This document shows positions 26,960 through 40,002 of a DNA stretch of 64,000 nt, piece by piece. Under the pieces are notes generated by a model. That model worked only from the letters and a program-made list of their open reading frames with translations. It made no database searches and was not told the origin of the DNA. The position numbers were made by a program, and so were the translations under genes. Each line of letters starts with the position of its first letter. Positions within the stretch are counted from its first letter, which is position 1. The DNA is from Macrostomum lignano. Taxonomy: Eukaryota. The stretch lies in the NCBI GenBank assembly GCA_002269645.1, contig NIVC01003277.1, positions 43,718 through 107,717 on the forward strand, given 5' to 3'.

Positions 26960-27510
26960 GAGAGAGGGAGGACAGAGAGTAACAAAAAAGGGAGATGAAG
27001 GGAGGGAGAGGAAAGGAGGGAGAGGAAGGGAGAGAGAGGAAGAGAGGGAGAGGAAGGGAAGGAGAGGAAGGGAGAGAGAGGGAGAGGAAGGGAGGGAGAG
27101 AGGAAGGGGGAGAGGAAGGGGGAGAGGAAGGGGGGAGAGGAAGGGGGGAGAGGAAGGGGGGAGAGGAAGGGGGGAGAGGAAGGGAGAGAAAGGTTGAGCA
27201 AGGAGGGAGAGGTAGGAAGGGAGAGGAAGGGAGGGAGAGGAAGGGAGGGAGAGGAAGGGAGAGGGTGGAAGGGAGGGAGAGGAAGGGAAGGAGAGGAAGG
27301 GAGAGAGAGAGGGAGAGGTAGGGAGAGAGGAAGGGGGGAGAGGAAGGGAGAGAAAGGTTGAGCAAGGAGGGGAGAGGAAGGGAGTGAGAGGAAGGGAGGG
27401 AGAGGAAGGGAGAGAGAGGAAGGGAGAGAGAGGAAGGGAGAGAGAGGAAGGGAGAGAGAGAGGGAGAGGTAGGAAGAAAGGAAGGGGGAGAGGAAGGGAG
27501 AGGAAGGGAG
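26960..27510. repeat. GA-rich low-complexity purine tract (GGAGAGGAAGG-like)
   Basis: Seen directly. Confidence 0.9.
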
Positions 27511-27696
27511 GGACTTAACTGCAAGGCAGTCCGAAGACGCAGCGGGGAGGCAAGCGCCGCCCATTCCACTAGAGGAAGGGAGGGAGAAGAAGGGAGGGAA
27601 TTGAGGGAGGAAGGGGGGAGAGGAAAATGGAGCTGATGAGAAGTGACAATATGGGCTCTGCTTCCCAGATGGTAGGTACTACTTGCAAATTCTTAC

Positions 27697-28624
27697 GAGG
27701 CCGACTGCCTCCGCCGCCGCTGCTGCCGCCGCTGCCGCCGCTGCCGCCGCCGCTGCAGGTGCCGCAGGAGCCAGCGGCAGTCGCGGCGGAGTTGCGATTC
27801 ATACGGGCCTGCATGATGCGCAGATCGCGCAGCGACTCCTCCAGGCGTTTCTCGAACACCTGCGCCGACGACTCGCCCGTCGAAGCTGCCGAAGTTCGTC
27901 GCTTTTGTCGACTGGTCGGAGAGAGCGGCGGCTGCGTCGGCTGCGACTTCGTCAGCGCGTCGGTCAGGCTGAACCGCTTGGCCGTCGAGACGGGCGCATC
28001 AGCAGCCGCAGCCGATGGTGCAGCTGGAGGCGGACCGCCGGGCGAGCGGAAGCTCGAGCTGCGCTTGTGCCGGTCGGGCGATGACGGAGTCTGGAAGGAC
28101 ATGGCCTGGAATTCGAGGGCTTCGGGCGATGAGCTGGCGGGATCTGCGATTGCCTGGGCTTCGCTCTGCTCGCATTTTTGTACCTCTGGGGATCCCCAGC
28201 TTTCATTGGCTCTGGCCAAGGCTGGGAGGTGGGCGGACAGGCGGATCAAGGAGTAAAATAATCTGCCTACTATAAGGAATGGGATTTAGTTTGTTGAAAT
28301 CCCCTATTCCGGCCCTTTTACTGTCTCAGTGCTTGCCTGCGGGTCTCTGATATCCTACGGGCGGCACGGCACCCCCCGCCCTATCGTCCCCGCTCTCTCC
28401 TCTGTCCCGGACTCGAGCACTTCAATCTCGGAGCACTCTGGGGGCCTGCAGAGTCAAAGAGAATGCAGCAGAGTGGCTGTATCTCGCTTCTCCTTACCCT
28501 GGGGCTTCTCTTCTCCACGCATTATCTGGGACACGCGGGCGGAAGGTTCCCCCCGAGCCCTTAGCCAGATGAAAACGAATTTTTTGCCTTGCTAACCAAA
28601 AAATTGCAATCCCGCAGCCGGCAT
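27697..28624 (-). CDS. Candidate N-terminal exons of the C2 gene (28624-28597 MPAAGLQFF, and a 525-nt exon 28221-27697); whole model about 628 aa with no TM segment
   Basis: Polypyrimidine acceptor ...CCACCTCCCAG at 28222, donor GTAAGA at 27696, donor GTTAGC at 28596; all phase 1 and frame-compatible with the downstream exons; Ser/Pro/Ala-rich open frame. Confidence 0.5.
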
Positions 28625-29005
28625 GCTGGCCACAGTTCATTAGCGACTAGGCCGGGAGCATTGTGGGCGGCAACTGCACGCCTTCGCTCCTTATCTTTTT
28701 CCGCTCACTTCCCCCTGGCCTGCCAAAATGCAATCAAAATTATCAGCTCTCATAAATTCACTATTACATCTTTTTTGATGGACAGCTACTCCCATCATTT
28801 ATAGTCGTCATGCATTCGTGACGGCTTTCAGGAAGTTCTCGGGCAAACTTTCATGCTTATAATAAACAACGCCCAATGATCCAGTTCAGCATAGTTATTT
28901 TTTATTTAAACTAATTTTAATTAACAAACGTAATTTTGTACATTGAAATTAGCTAACCTAAATAATATGTGAAAAAATACGACGTATTTTACAAACGCTT
29001 AATAC

Positions 29006-29269
29006 GGGTGTTGCTATTTCGCGGCCCGGCCCGGCCCGGCCCGGCGGTCTTGTAACGTTACTTTGGTTTTTAACTTAATTTAAAAAATAGAGCATCAGAA
29101 GTTCATTAAATTAACAATCAATATTTTACAATGTAGTAAACTCACAATTGACTCTAAAAATATGCGGCATTCTCGTCAGTATTTTTTGTTTTACTTATTT
29201 ACTAAAATAGATTTACATTGGCTAAATAGGGGCCGCCCGGCCGGGCCGGGCCGCGAAATAGCAACACCC
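29006..29269. mobile_element. Mutator-like MITE, 264 bp, TIR GGGTGTTGCTATTTCGCGGCCCGGCC, 9-bp TSD GCTTAATAC
   Basis: TIRs at both ends; GCTTAATAC at 28997-29005 and 29270-29278; AT-rich non-coding core. Confidence 0.88.
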
Positions 29270-30434
29270 GCTTAATACAGATGAGATAAAGTATTTCACA
29301 TTTCACATTATAACTGATCGAACATAAAGTACACGTACTCGAAAAAGTAGCTATAAATTTAAGGAGGACAATGAATCGTATTATAGTTAAAATTAAAATA
29401 AACAACAATTATTATTTAGTTATATATTTATGTGCCGCGCTGGTGCATTTTGCTTAATCATTTTTATTTTATTCATAGTTTCGTGAATAATATTTTGTGT
29501 TTTTAGTCAAGACGAAGATGTCGAATGAAATGGTTGAAGGTTAATGTGTTTATTATTATATTGATGCATGCATAAAAAAACTGAAAAAAACAGGAACAGA
29601 ATTTAGGTTTAATAGATTACTTGTTTTTTGTTTTTTAGTCCGCAATCTTGAAAAGTTAATATCCTGTTTCTTAGAAATTAACCAAATTGTTTCATTTTTG
29701 CCGGGAAAAAATAGTAAAACCAAGTAGTGATTCTATATAAAAAATTCAAACAAGATTTGATAAAATTGACCATTCGAGCGTCAGTTTTCCTGTAAAAATT
29801 TGATAAGAAAAACACCGTGAAAGCGAAGCAAAAAAGTACAGAGTGCAATTTTATTCGGAAAATAATGGACGACTCGGAATTTAATAAAAAGCGATACTTA
29901 AGATAGTATTTTTCAATGGTAATTAATTCATCAGCAATGTCTGCATGTCCACTCGGACCGTAGCTAAAAATGGTAATCGCAGGTGCACTCTCAAAAGCTC
30001 TCTTTAGCGTACGCAATTGCTGCAAACACCTGCACACCTATATGTGCCAAATCGTTCAATCTTGCAGAGAGCTAATTAGCAATTTTCAAGCCCCTGCTTC
30101 GTGCGACCCCAGCGCATGTTGCTGATTAGTCTAGAAATTTCTTCGTGCTTTCGAAGGGCAACTCCGCTGTCCATCTTTTTGTTACATCACGGCATTTGAA
30201 CGGATAGTCGCCAAGGTGTTTTTTTAATTTTATGGAATATGCAACTTGAATTTTTGGAGCATTTAACAATTTAAGATACGAGTAATTTAAAATAAAACAT
30301 CCAATTTAACGGTAGTAAAAGCTTGACAAAAGGTATGACAAATATTTCTGTTGGTTTGAAACCTGCTCCTGAAAAGGGTAAAGTTTACCATATGATACTG
30401 GTCCCTGAGCCAACGAAAATATTTGACTTTGTAA

Positions 30435-33323
30435 TTAACGACCCCCGCGGCGCCTGAAGCCCCGACCACCGCGCCTGAAGCCGCGACTCCTTGCACGCCT
30501 GAAGCCCCGACCACGGCGCCTGAAGCCCCGACCACGGCGCCTGAAGCCACGACCACCGCGCCTGAATCTCATTCTATGCCGCCGATAGAAGCGTCTGCGA
30601 TGATGATTCCGTGAATGACCATGGCGGAATATGCGAGAACGGCGTCGGTTCAGGACATAGTAGCGACGGTGGTTGTGTGGCCGTTTAGTCCACGAACTGG
30701 TTGTAGCTGGCTCCTCCGAGAGACTGGGTACTGCTGAGGTAACTGACACTGTGCTGGGAGTTGGAGTGGTGGTTACCTCTGGCTCGTTCGTGTCAGAAGC
30801 TAGAGTAGTCTCAGGCTTGATGGTGTCAGGAGCCGGAGTGGTTACAGGCTCTATAGTGCCACCGGATGAAGTTGACGCAGGCTGGTTGGTGTCAGGAGCT
30901 AGAGTACTCTCCGGCTTGACAGTATCGGGAGCCGGAGTGGTTGCAGTCTCGACGGTCTCAGGAGCAAGAGTGGTTGCAGGCTCAACGGTTTCAGGATCCG
31001 CAGTGGTTGCAGGCTCAACGGTCTCAGGATTCGGAGTGGTTGCAGGCTCAACGGTCTCAGGATCCGCAGTGGTTGCAGGCTCAACGGTTTCAGGATCCGC
31101 AGTGGTTGCAGGCTCAACGGTTTCAGGATCCGGAGAGGTTGCAGTCTCGACGGTCTCAGGAGCAAGAGTGGTTGCAGGCTCAACGGTTTCAGGAGCAAGA
31201 GTGGTTGCAGGCTCAACGGTTTCAGTATCCGCAGTGGTTGCAGGCTCAACGGTCTCAGGATCCGCAGTGGTTGCAGGCTTGACGGTCTCAGGAGCTGGAG
31301 TGGTTGCAGGCTCTATAGTAGCAGGTGCTGGAGTGGTTGCAGGCTCGACCGTGTCAGGTGATGGAGTGGTTGCAGGCTCAAGGGTCTCAGGAGCTGGAGT
31401 GGTAGCAGGCTCTATAGTGTCAGGTGCTGGAGTGGTTGCAGGCTCAACGGTTTCAGGAGCTGGAGTGGTTGCAGGCTCTATAGTAGCAGGTGCTGGAGTG
31501 GTTGCAGGCTCAACGGTCTCAGGAGCTGGAGTGGTTGCAGGCTCAACGGTTTCAGTATCCGCAGTGGTTGCAGGCTCAACGGTCTCAGGATCCGCAGTGG
31601 TTGCAGGCTTGACGGTCTCAGGAGCTGGAGTGGTTGCAGGCTCAAGGGTCTCAGGAGCTGGAGTGGTTGCAGGCTCGACCGTGTCAGGTGATGGAGTGGT
31701 TGCAGGCTCAAGGGTCTCAGGAGCTGGAGTGGTAGCAGGCTCTATAGTAGCAGGTGCTGGAGTGGTTGCAGGCTCAACGGTTTCAGGAGCTGGAGTGGTT
31801 GCAGGCTCTATAGTAGCAGGTGCTGGAGTGGTTGCAGGCTCAACGGTCTCAGGAGCTGGAGTGGTTGCAGGCTCTATAGTAGCAGGTGCTGGAGTGGTTG
31901 CAGGCTCAACGGTCTCAGGAGCTGGAGTGGTTGCAGGCTCTATAGTAGCAGGTGCTGGAGTGGTTGCAGGCTCAACGGTCTCAGGATCCGCAGTGGTTGC
32001 AGGCTTGACGGTCTCAGGAGCTGGAGTGGTTGCAGGCTCAAGGGTCTCAGGAGCTGGAGTGGTTGCAGGCTCGACCGTGTCAGGTGATGGAGTGGTTGCA
32101 GGCTCAAGGGTCTCAGGAGCTGGAGTGGTAGCAGGCTCTATAGTAGCAGGTGCTGGAGTGGTTGCAGGCTCAACGGTTTCAGGAGCTGGAGTGGTTGCAG
32201 GCTCTATAGTAGCAGGTGCTGGAGTGGTTGCAGGCTCAACGGTCTCAGGAGCTGGAGTGGTTGCAGGCTCTATAGTAGCAGGTGCTGGAGTGGTTGCAGG
32301 CTCAACGGTCTCAGGAGCTGGAGTGGTTGCAGGCTCTATAGTGGCAGGAGCTGGAGTTGATGCAGGCTTTATAGTGTCAGGTGCTGGAGTGGTTGCAGTC
32401 TCGATGGTCTCAAGTGCTGGAGTGGTTGCAGGCTTGACGGTATCAGGATCCGAAGTGGTTGCAGGCTCTATAGTAGCAGGTGCTGGAGAGGTTGCAGGCT
32501 CAACGGTCTCAGGAGCTGGAGTGGTTGCAGTCTCGACGGTCTCAGGAGATGCAGTGGTTGCAGGCTTGACGGTATCAGGAGCTGGAGTGGTTGCAGGCTC
32601 GACCGTGTCAGGAGATGGAGTGGTTGCAGGCTGGACGGTATCAGGAGCTGGAGTGGTTGCAGGCTTGACGGTATCAGGAGCTGGAGTGGTTGCAGTCTCG
32701 ACGGTCTCAGGATCCGAAGTGGTTGCAGCCTCTATAGTGGCAGGAGCTGGAGTTGATGCAGGCTTTATAGTGTCAGGTGCTGGAGTGGTTGCAGTCTCGA
32801 CGATCTCAGGTGCTGGAGTTGCTTCAGTCTCTGGCTTGATAGTCCCTGCAGCTGGAGTAGTTTGTACGGTTACAGTTGTTACCTCTGGCTCGACTGTATT
32901 AGGAGCTTCAAAGGTGCTTGATTCCGGCTTGCTTGTAGTAGGAGTAGTGCTCAAGTCGGTAGTAGTCTCAGTTGTCACTGGCTTAGCGGTGCTCAATCCG
33001 GAAGTGGCTTCAGGGGTCGCTGAAGCAGTCACAGTGGCCGGTTGCTCCGTGATGAAGCCGCAGTTGATGATGACCCCGGCCTTCAACCCTTCAACGTAGG
33101 CTATCTTGCCAGCCTCGCTGGCGCAGGTGTTGGAGCTCGGGAACGAGGCGCAGAAGTCAATCAGTCTCTGCTGGCTGTAGACGCCAATGCAGGACTCGCA
33201 CAGTTTGATTCGCGGCTTGTTGAAGCACTCGTCCAGGGTGACGGACTCGGTTGGTGGTAGCAGCCTGCTGTCAGCCATGACGGAGGCCGCCAGCAGCAGC
33301 AGGTTCAGCCAGTTCGGTCGCAT
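30435..33323 (-). CDS. Secreted mucin-like protein, 962 aa, single exon: signal peptide, 6-Cys domain, about 60 x 11-aa Thr/Pro/Glu repeats (ATTPAPETVEP), Arg/His/Gly-rich tail
   Basis: MRPNWLNLLLLAASVMA signal-like N-terminus; uninterrupted ORF across 33-bp repeats with mostly synonymous or conservative variation; non-repetitive coding flanks. Confidence 0.85.
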   Translation of the reverse strand: MRPNWLNLLLLAASVMADSRLLPPTESVTLDECFNKPRIKLCESCIGVYSQQRLIDFCASFPSSNTCASEAGKIAYVEGLKAGVIINCGFITEQPATVTASATPEATSGLSTAKPVTTETTTDLSTTPTTSKPESSTFEAPNTVEPEVTTVTVQTTPAAGTIKPETEATPAPEIVETATTPAPDTIKPASTPAPATIEAATTSDPETVETATTPAPDTVKPATTPAPDTVQPATTPSPDTVEPATTPAPDTVKPATTASPETVETATTPAPETVEPATSPAPATIEPATTSDPDTVKPATTPALETIETATTPAPDTIKPASTPAPATIEPATTPAPETVEPATTPAPATIEPATTPAPETVEPATTPAPATIEPATTPAPETVEPATTPAPATIEPATTPAPETLEPATTPSPDTVEPATTPAPETLEPATTPAPETVKPATTADPETVEPATTPAPATIEPATTPAPETVEPATTPAPATIEPATTPAPETVEPATTPAPATIEPATTPAPETVEPATTPAPATIEPATTPAPETLEPATTPSPDTVEPATTPAPETLEPATTPAPETVKPATTADPETVEPATTADTETVEPATTPAPETVEPATTPAPATIEPATTPAPETVEPATTPAPDTIEPATTPAPETLEPATTPSPDTVEPATTPAPATIEPATTPAPETVKPATTADPETVEPATTADTETVEPATTLAPETVEPATTLAPETVETATSPDPETVEPATTADPETVEPATTADPETVEPATTPNPETVEPATTADPETVEPATTLAPETVETATTPAPDTVKPESTLAPDTNQPASTSSGGTIEPVTTPAPDTIKPETTLASDTNEPEVTTTPTPSTVSVTSAVPSLSEEPATTSSWTKRPHNHRRYYVLNRRRSRIFRHGHSRNHHRRRFYRRHRMRFRRGGRGFRRRGRGFRRRGRGFRRARSRGFRRGGRGFRRRGGR

Positions 33324-33744
33324 CTCTCACCACCGTCACACCTCAATGCAAACCAAATTTGAATTTATTGGACGTCAGAAGCACGTTGATAGAGCTTGAG
33401 AAACTAATTTTCAGCCTGTTTTAATATTTTCCATTGATTGCGTAACTCAAAACTCGGGTGTTGCAAGTAAAAAGTAATTATCTTGAGCTATATAACTATA
33501 AATAGCTTTATGTAACTATATGAAATTCCGTGCCTATTATACAGCTTTAATCACGGTGCAACCTCGTGCGAGAGAAAGAGTTCAAGGACATCTGAAGTTT
33601 GTTGTCATCACTTGTAAGTACTAGAAATACTATTACTATTATTTTTATTTTTAATATTAATAGTATTATTAATATTCAATAACTGCGCAAGCCGAAGAGA
33701 TGATTTCATAATTACTAATTAGTACATCGAGAGAATTACAAAAT

Positions 33745-33995
33745 AGAAAAACAACAACAACAACAGAATACGCAGGTTAGCGTCACAGGGCGCGCTTCAA
33801 GGCCAGGTCGCGAACGAACGCCACGCCGCCGGCCGAATCCGGGGCGCCGGCGTCAGCCAGCAGGCAGTCGACGAAACGCCGAGTGCGCGCCTGTCGCCGC
33901 CGGTAGGGTGCCTGCAGCGTCAGCAGCAGCACCTCCTGCACCGGGTCTGGGCAGTACGACTCGGCGCGGATGATGTGGCCTGCCAGCTGGAGTCG
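33745..33995 (-). mobile_element. 5'-truncated LINE (RTE/CR1-type) 3' end with a (TGT)n tail
   Basis: Minus frame LAGHIIRAESYCPDPVQEVLLLTLQAPYRRRQARTRRFVDCLLADAG...KRAL* resembles the post-RT LAGH..R....LLW..RRG..R..Y.D.L motif; followed by TGTTGTTGT. Confidence 0.65.
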
Positions 33996-34989
33996 AAAAT
34001 AGAAAAAGCTAGTAAATAAAAATATTTAGCTAAAATAGTCTCGCCCGTAAACAGAATGATCGAGAGTCGGCTCGAACTTTTTTCGGCAATCACCAAGATG
34101 AAGCATCAGGGCAGGTGCATTCTGGCTTGTGGCATGTCTTTGATGAATTTTGCTAAGATTTCCATTTTGTCTCGAGCTTCTTGTGCCATTGAATAAAACA
34201 CTTTATCCTCTGCAGTAAGCTTTTTAAAAAATTCGAAACTTTATCAAGGAAAGCTCAGGTAGGAGTATTAGTTTTCATTTTTCAGCACAAAAATGTTATT
34301 GCTTTCGATAGGAGGCAGACCCAATGTTAATTTTTGATATGCTGTGCCTTTCTTATGTAGCTCTATTTATATTCACAAAGCTATTCGTTTAGAAAGGAGG
34401 AATGTGTTAATTTTTTATTCTACGTACAATTACACGTGTCCTGTGCCTAAAAATAGTATGGCTCGGGTCATTGATTTTATAAATATTATAAATATTTTAT
34501 CATTCCTAGCTGACTGTGTAAACAAAATGTGTAACAAATTTATAAAACCAATTTGAGTCTAGCTGTACAATGCATTTTTATGATTTTTAGGCACAGGGAA
34601 TATTGAAATTTATCCTAGATTTCTTGTTCAAAATATATCATGTGAAGCACTATAAAATCTCTAACTACTCTGAATTCAGACACATTGTCAAGGTCTTTTT
34701 GTAGCTCGACAGAGTCAGATATTTTGACTTTAAATTTCACCTCTAAGTGCTCCCTATTAGCTGGGTAATTTCTGGGCTAACATTGAGGTCTTTAAGCCAA
34801 ATAACAAAAATTGTTTACCATTGTCTAATGCAACTTTTTAGGCCAAAGAAGACAAGATGAAAAGGTATCTTGTTGCTCTTTTTTGTCTAGCAAGAGACAA
34901 TGCAGTGGCAATGTAATTCGAAGTGCGGTAGGCCCTTTCTGTTGCCTCTGTGTCTGGCTGGCAGTGATTTCTGGACAGTGAGTCCTTTC

Positions 34990-35280
34990 CAAGCGCGTCG
35001 CCACCGGGGGGGGGGGGCAGGGGGGACATGTCCCCTACACCTTACCTTGTGACCCGTTGTGGCAATCAATAATTTTTCTTCCGGGAGCCAAAATATAGCG
35101 CCTTCGGCGCCAAAACGAGTGCCTGCGGCGCCAAATGAGTGCCTGCGGCGCCAAAATGAAGTGCTGACAACATCGATTCTCAAAAAATGGACATGTACAC
35201 GTAGGAATTTAGTCATGTACATGTACATATTGAATTCTTGGCTTTGTCCCCCCACCATAAAATCCACGGCGACGCCCCTG
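34990..35280. mobile_element. hAT-like MITE, 291 bp, imperfect 13-bp TIR CA(A/G)G(C/G)GCGTCGCC, 8-bp TSD GTCCTTTC
   Basis: GTCCTTTC at 34982-34989 and 35281-35288; subterminal GGGGGGAC/GTCCCCCC motifs. Confidence 0.8.
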
Positions 35281-36164
35281 GTCCTTTCTTGTATTGTAGA
35301 TAGGAACTCACCAATCCGACTGACCACTGTCTGGGTGTGTATCCAAGCCTCAGGATTGCATTGAACAGCTTCAGTAGGACTGATTTTTTGCCGTGAGCAA
35401 TGTGTTCATTGAAGCTATTCCCGCTTGCTCTTTTCTTCTTCTGGCTGGATGGGAGCTGAACACTTGGCGCAGGCAATGCAATTCGAGTCATAGGCACTGA
35501 TGCAATATGGCTGAAATTGAAAAGCAAGCAGGCTCGTCTCCCTGTCTTTTAGCCCAGTTGAACCATGCAGCCTACATCTGCTTTGGTTGCTAGGTCAGCG
35601 AAGCAGCTTTGAAGAGCTTCTGCATAGCTCGAGTAAGCTACGACTTGTCTAATTTAAACTAGCTATAGGAAGTTTACATGCAAGCAGTGCTAGTTTTTTT
35701 CACAAAATATACTAATCACTAAACTTAAACTATCTAATTAAGTGATTTATGGAATTGTCTATGGCCGAAACGGGCGCTCATTGCTCAAAATGTCTATGGT
35801 AATTTACTTAAGGCAATGAAATTCAAGCAATGACCCGTCATTGTTTGAAATTGACAATGAAGCAATTTACCGGGAATATCATTTTAGAAAACGAACGAGT
35901 CTATGAGCGTTAAATAAAATAGTCTAAGGTTGTAAGTAGGGGCTTTGCCCCCACACCCCTTTCCCTTTCTCACTCAGGCCCTGATGGACAAATTTACCAA
36001 TGAAGTTAGCTGGAATTGAGAAAACATGGTAATAGTACATTATGTACTTTATAGTACACTATGGTAATAGTACCTAACGGCGCCCTCTGATTTTCCCATT
36101 AACGCCCTTAAAGCATGGGTATTTCTATTATTGTGCCATAGACATTTGTGTCCTTGACAAAGTG

Positions 36165-36680
36165 GGACAGAATAATCGGGCGTTAAATGTCATTAACTGC
36201 CCGCTAATTTGCATGAAAGTAAGTTTGACATACGCTCGTAGACAATCAGGCGTTAAATGTCATTAACTGCCCGCTAATTTGCATGAAAGTAAGTTTGACA
36301 TACGCTCGTAGACAATCAGGCGTTAAATGTCATTAACTGCCCGCTAATTTGCATGAAAGTAAGTTTGACATAGACAATCGGGCGTTAAATGTCATTAACT
36401 GCCCACTAATTTGCATGAAAGTAAGTTTGACATAGACAATCGGGCGTTAAATGTCATTTATACCTGCCCGCTAATTTGCATGAAAGTAAGTTTGACATAG
36501 ACAATCGGGCGTTAAATGCCATTATACCTGCCCGCTAATTTGCATGAAAGTAAGTTTGACATAGACAATCAGGCGTTAAATGTCATTACCTGCCCGCTAA
36601 TTTGCATGAAAGTAAGTTTGACATAGACAATCGGGCGTTAAATGTCATTACCTGCCCGCTAATTTGCATGAAAGTAAGTT
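36165..36680. repeat. Tandem repeat with a 60-70-bp unit (CAATCGGGCGTTAAATGTCATTAACTGCCCGCTAATTTGCATGAAAGTAAGTTTGACATAGA)
   Basis: About 8 copies. Confidence 0.92.
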
Positions 36681-37366
36681 TAAAGCATTAAAGTCCTGCA
36701 AGCGGGCTTAAATGTAGTCTGTGGCATTAAAAGGCAAGAATAAGGGCCCAGCGGGCACAAAGGTCATGGTACAATGGCCATAGACACGAGCGGCGATAGC
36801 CAACTCCCTTGAATTCTCACTTCCAGACAACCCCTCATCGCCCTAAGCGATTGAGAAATCTGAAAAAGTCGATATTTAGACAAAGTTAGACAAAGACAAA
36901 GACAAAGTATTTAGGCAGAAAAATATAACGAGCGTGCTAATTGCCTTTGACTGCAAAACAAATTTTGAAATTCAATAGAACGCGTAACATTCAGATGCAC
37001 GCTCCAAAAAATTTAAGCACTTTTCGTTGATAGGACGCTTTTAGAAATGGATGCTTTTCCAAATCTTTTTCGGGGGAAAACACGCACTGTATTTGCCAGC
37101 AGTCTTCCATAATGGCTACTTGAAGTAGTTTCTTCAGAAAATTACGGACAAAGTATTCTAACAAAATAAGCTTCTGCACAAAGGAGTGTTGGTGCTTTGT
37201 TGCCTGGCATCATAGGTTCTGATATTAGTTACTGTACATAGAACTTTGCAGAACTTTCCGAGATTAAGAGGGTCAAAGTATTTTCAAGTGAACAACTTCA
37301 ATAAACGCTCTGGCTATACAAAACTCGATGACAGTAGCAAAAAAATAAGCTCGCTAAGTTGGCTGC

Positions 37367-38580
<1,214 letters not shown>

Positions 38581-39317
38581 GAGCCTCCCAGTCGTCGCTC
38601 CGCCGGGAGGGAACCGAAACCCGGCGGTGACCCGCGGAGGCGACCTGCTGGTTGCCTGGCTGTTCAAACTTGGCAGCCGAACTGCAGAAGCTGCCACTGC
38701 CGACATTTTGTTATGAAGCTGCTCTGCTTGCCAGTGAAAATAGCAATGCGGTGCTCATGAACCGTTCATTCGTTTGAGTTATGTCTTTTTCAAGTCTGCA
38801 GCCTCCTAAACTCTACACCTTTATACTCATTATTGTCCTTCGTTTTCTCCTGGGTTACAATTTCTCTTACCCCAGCTCACTGCTCACTGCTCACACAGAA
38901 CAGACGGGTGCGGCAATACCTGCGCTGCGGAGTTCATATAATTAAGATAATATAACTATAGGAGCAGGTGCTTTGAAGCCTCAAATGTGGTAGAGAATCC
39001 ATTATCCACAAAATAGAGCTTGCCAAGATTTGACAGTGGCAAGTGCAGCCACAGCAAACTCTGCACAGATGCCTCTCTCAGCAGAGTTACCGCTATCGAC
39101 AGGAAAGACCTTCTCAGGTACCTTTACTGCAAGCCAAGTTAGGAAAGCCAATGGTTAAAGACGGAAACCGCAAACAATGTCCACCTGAAAGTTAATCGAT
39201 TTTTATGATACCAGTTGAGTGTAGAACACTGGAGAGAGAATAAGTGTAGATTTTCCTGAGTTTTACAGCTTGCTCATGTTCCTGGACAGAACGCATGCTT
39301 CAGTTAAGCAAGTTTAA

Positions 39318-39605
<288 letters not shown>

Positions 39606-40002
39606 TAAACAAGTTCAGTTGATTTAACCATATTTTCCGCATCGCATAGCTGTAGGTAAATAGTCGCACAACCAAAATAAGCCACTCTGCTAATAATATA
39701 ATTTATAGCTCTGTGCACGGACTTGGCCCTGGACACTCGACAATCAGTTTATAAAAAGTTTATAATCGATACCCTGAGCTGCTAAATAGAGCCCGATTAA
39801 CGCTTTCTTGTCTAAGCTACATCAAAAATTTAACGAGAAGCCACATGGATGCCTGCTGCGTCAATGCGATGGTGACATGGCTGGCACTCTGTGTAAACAT
39901 GGAGTGCCCATCGCCATCCAGTGCCAACGGACCGTATAAAGCTATAACTATAGAAAATTCCGATTACTGGAAACTAAACTTTCAAACCTGGCCCTATTAA
40001 GC

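Noticed and set aside
30673-33099. 808-aa antisense ORF opposite the mucin-like gene
   Set aside because: Shadow of the 33-bp repeat, which has no stop codon on that strand; Val/Ala/Gly/Ser-only composition; signal peptide and domain logic favour the minus strand.
33060-33240. Saposin-like assignment for the 6-Cys domain of the mucin-like protein
   Set aside because: CxxC and Cx8C are present, but the other spacings are too short for the saposin pattern; needs structure prediction.
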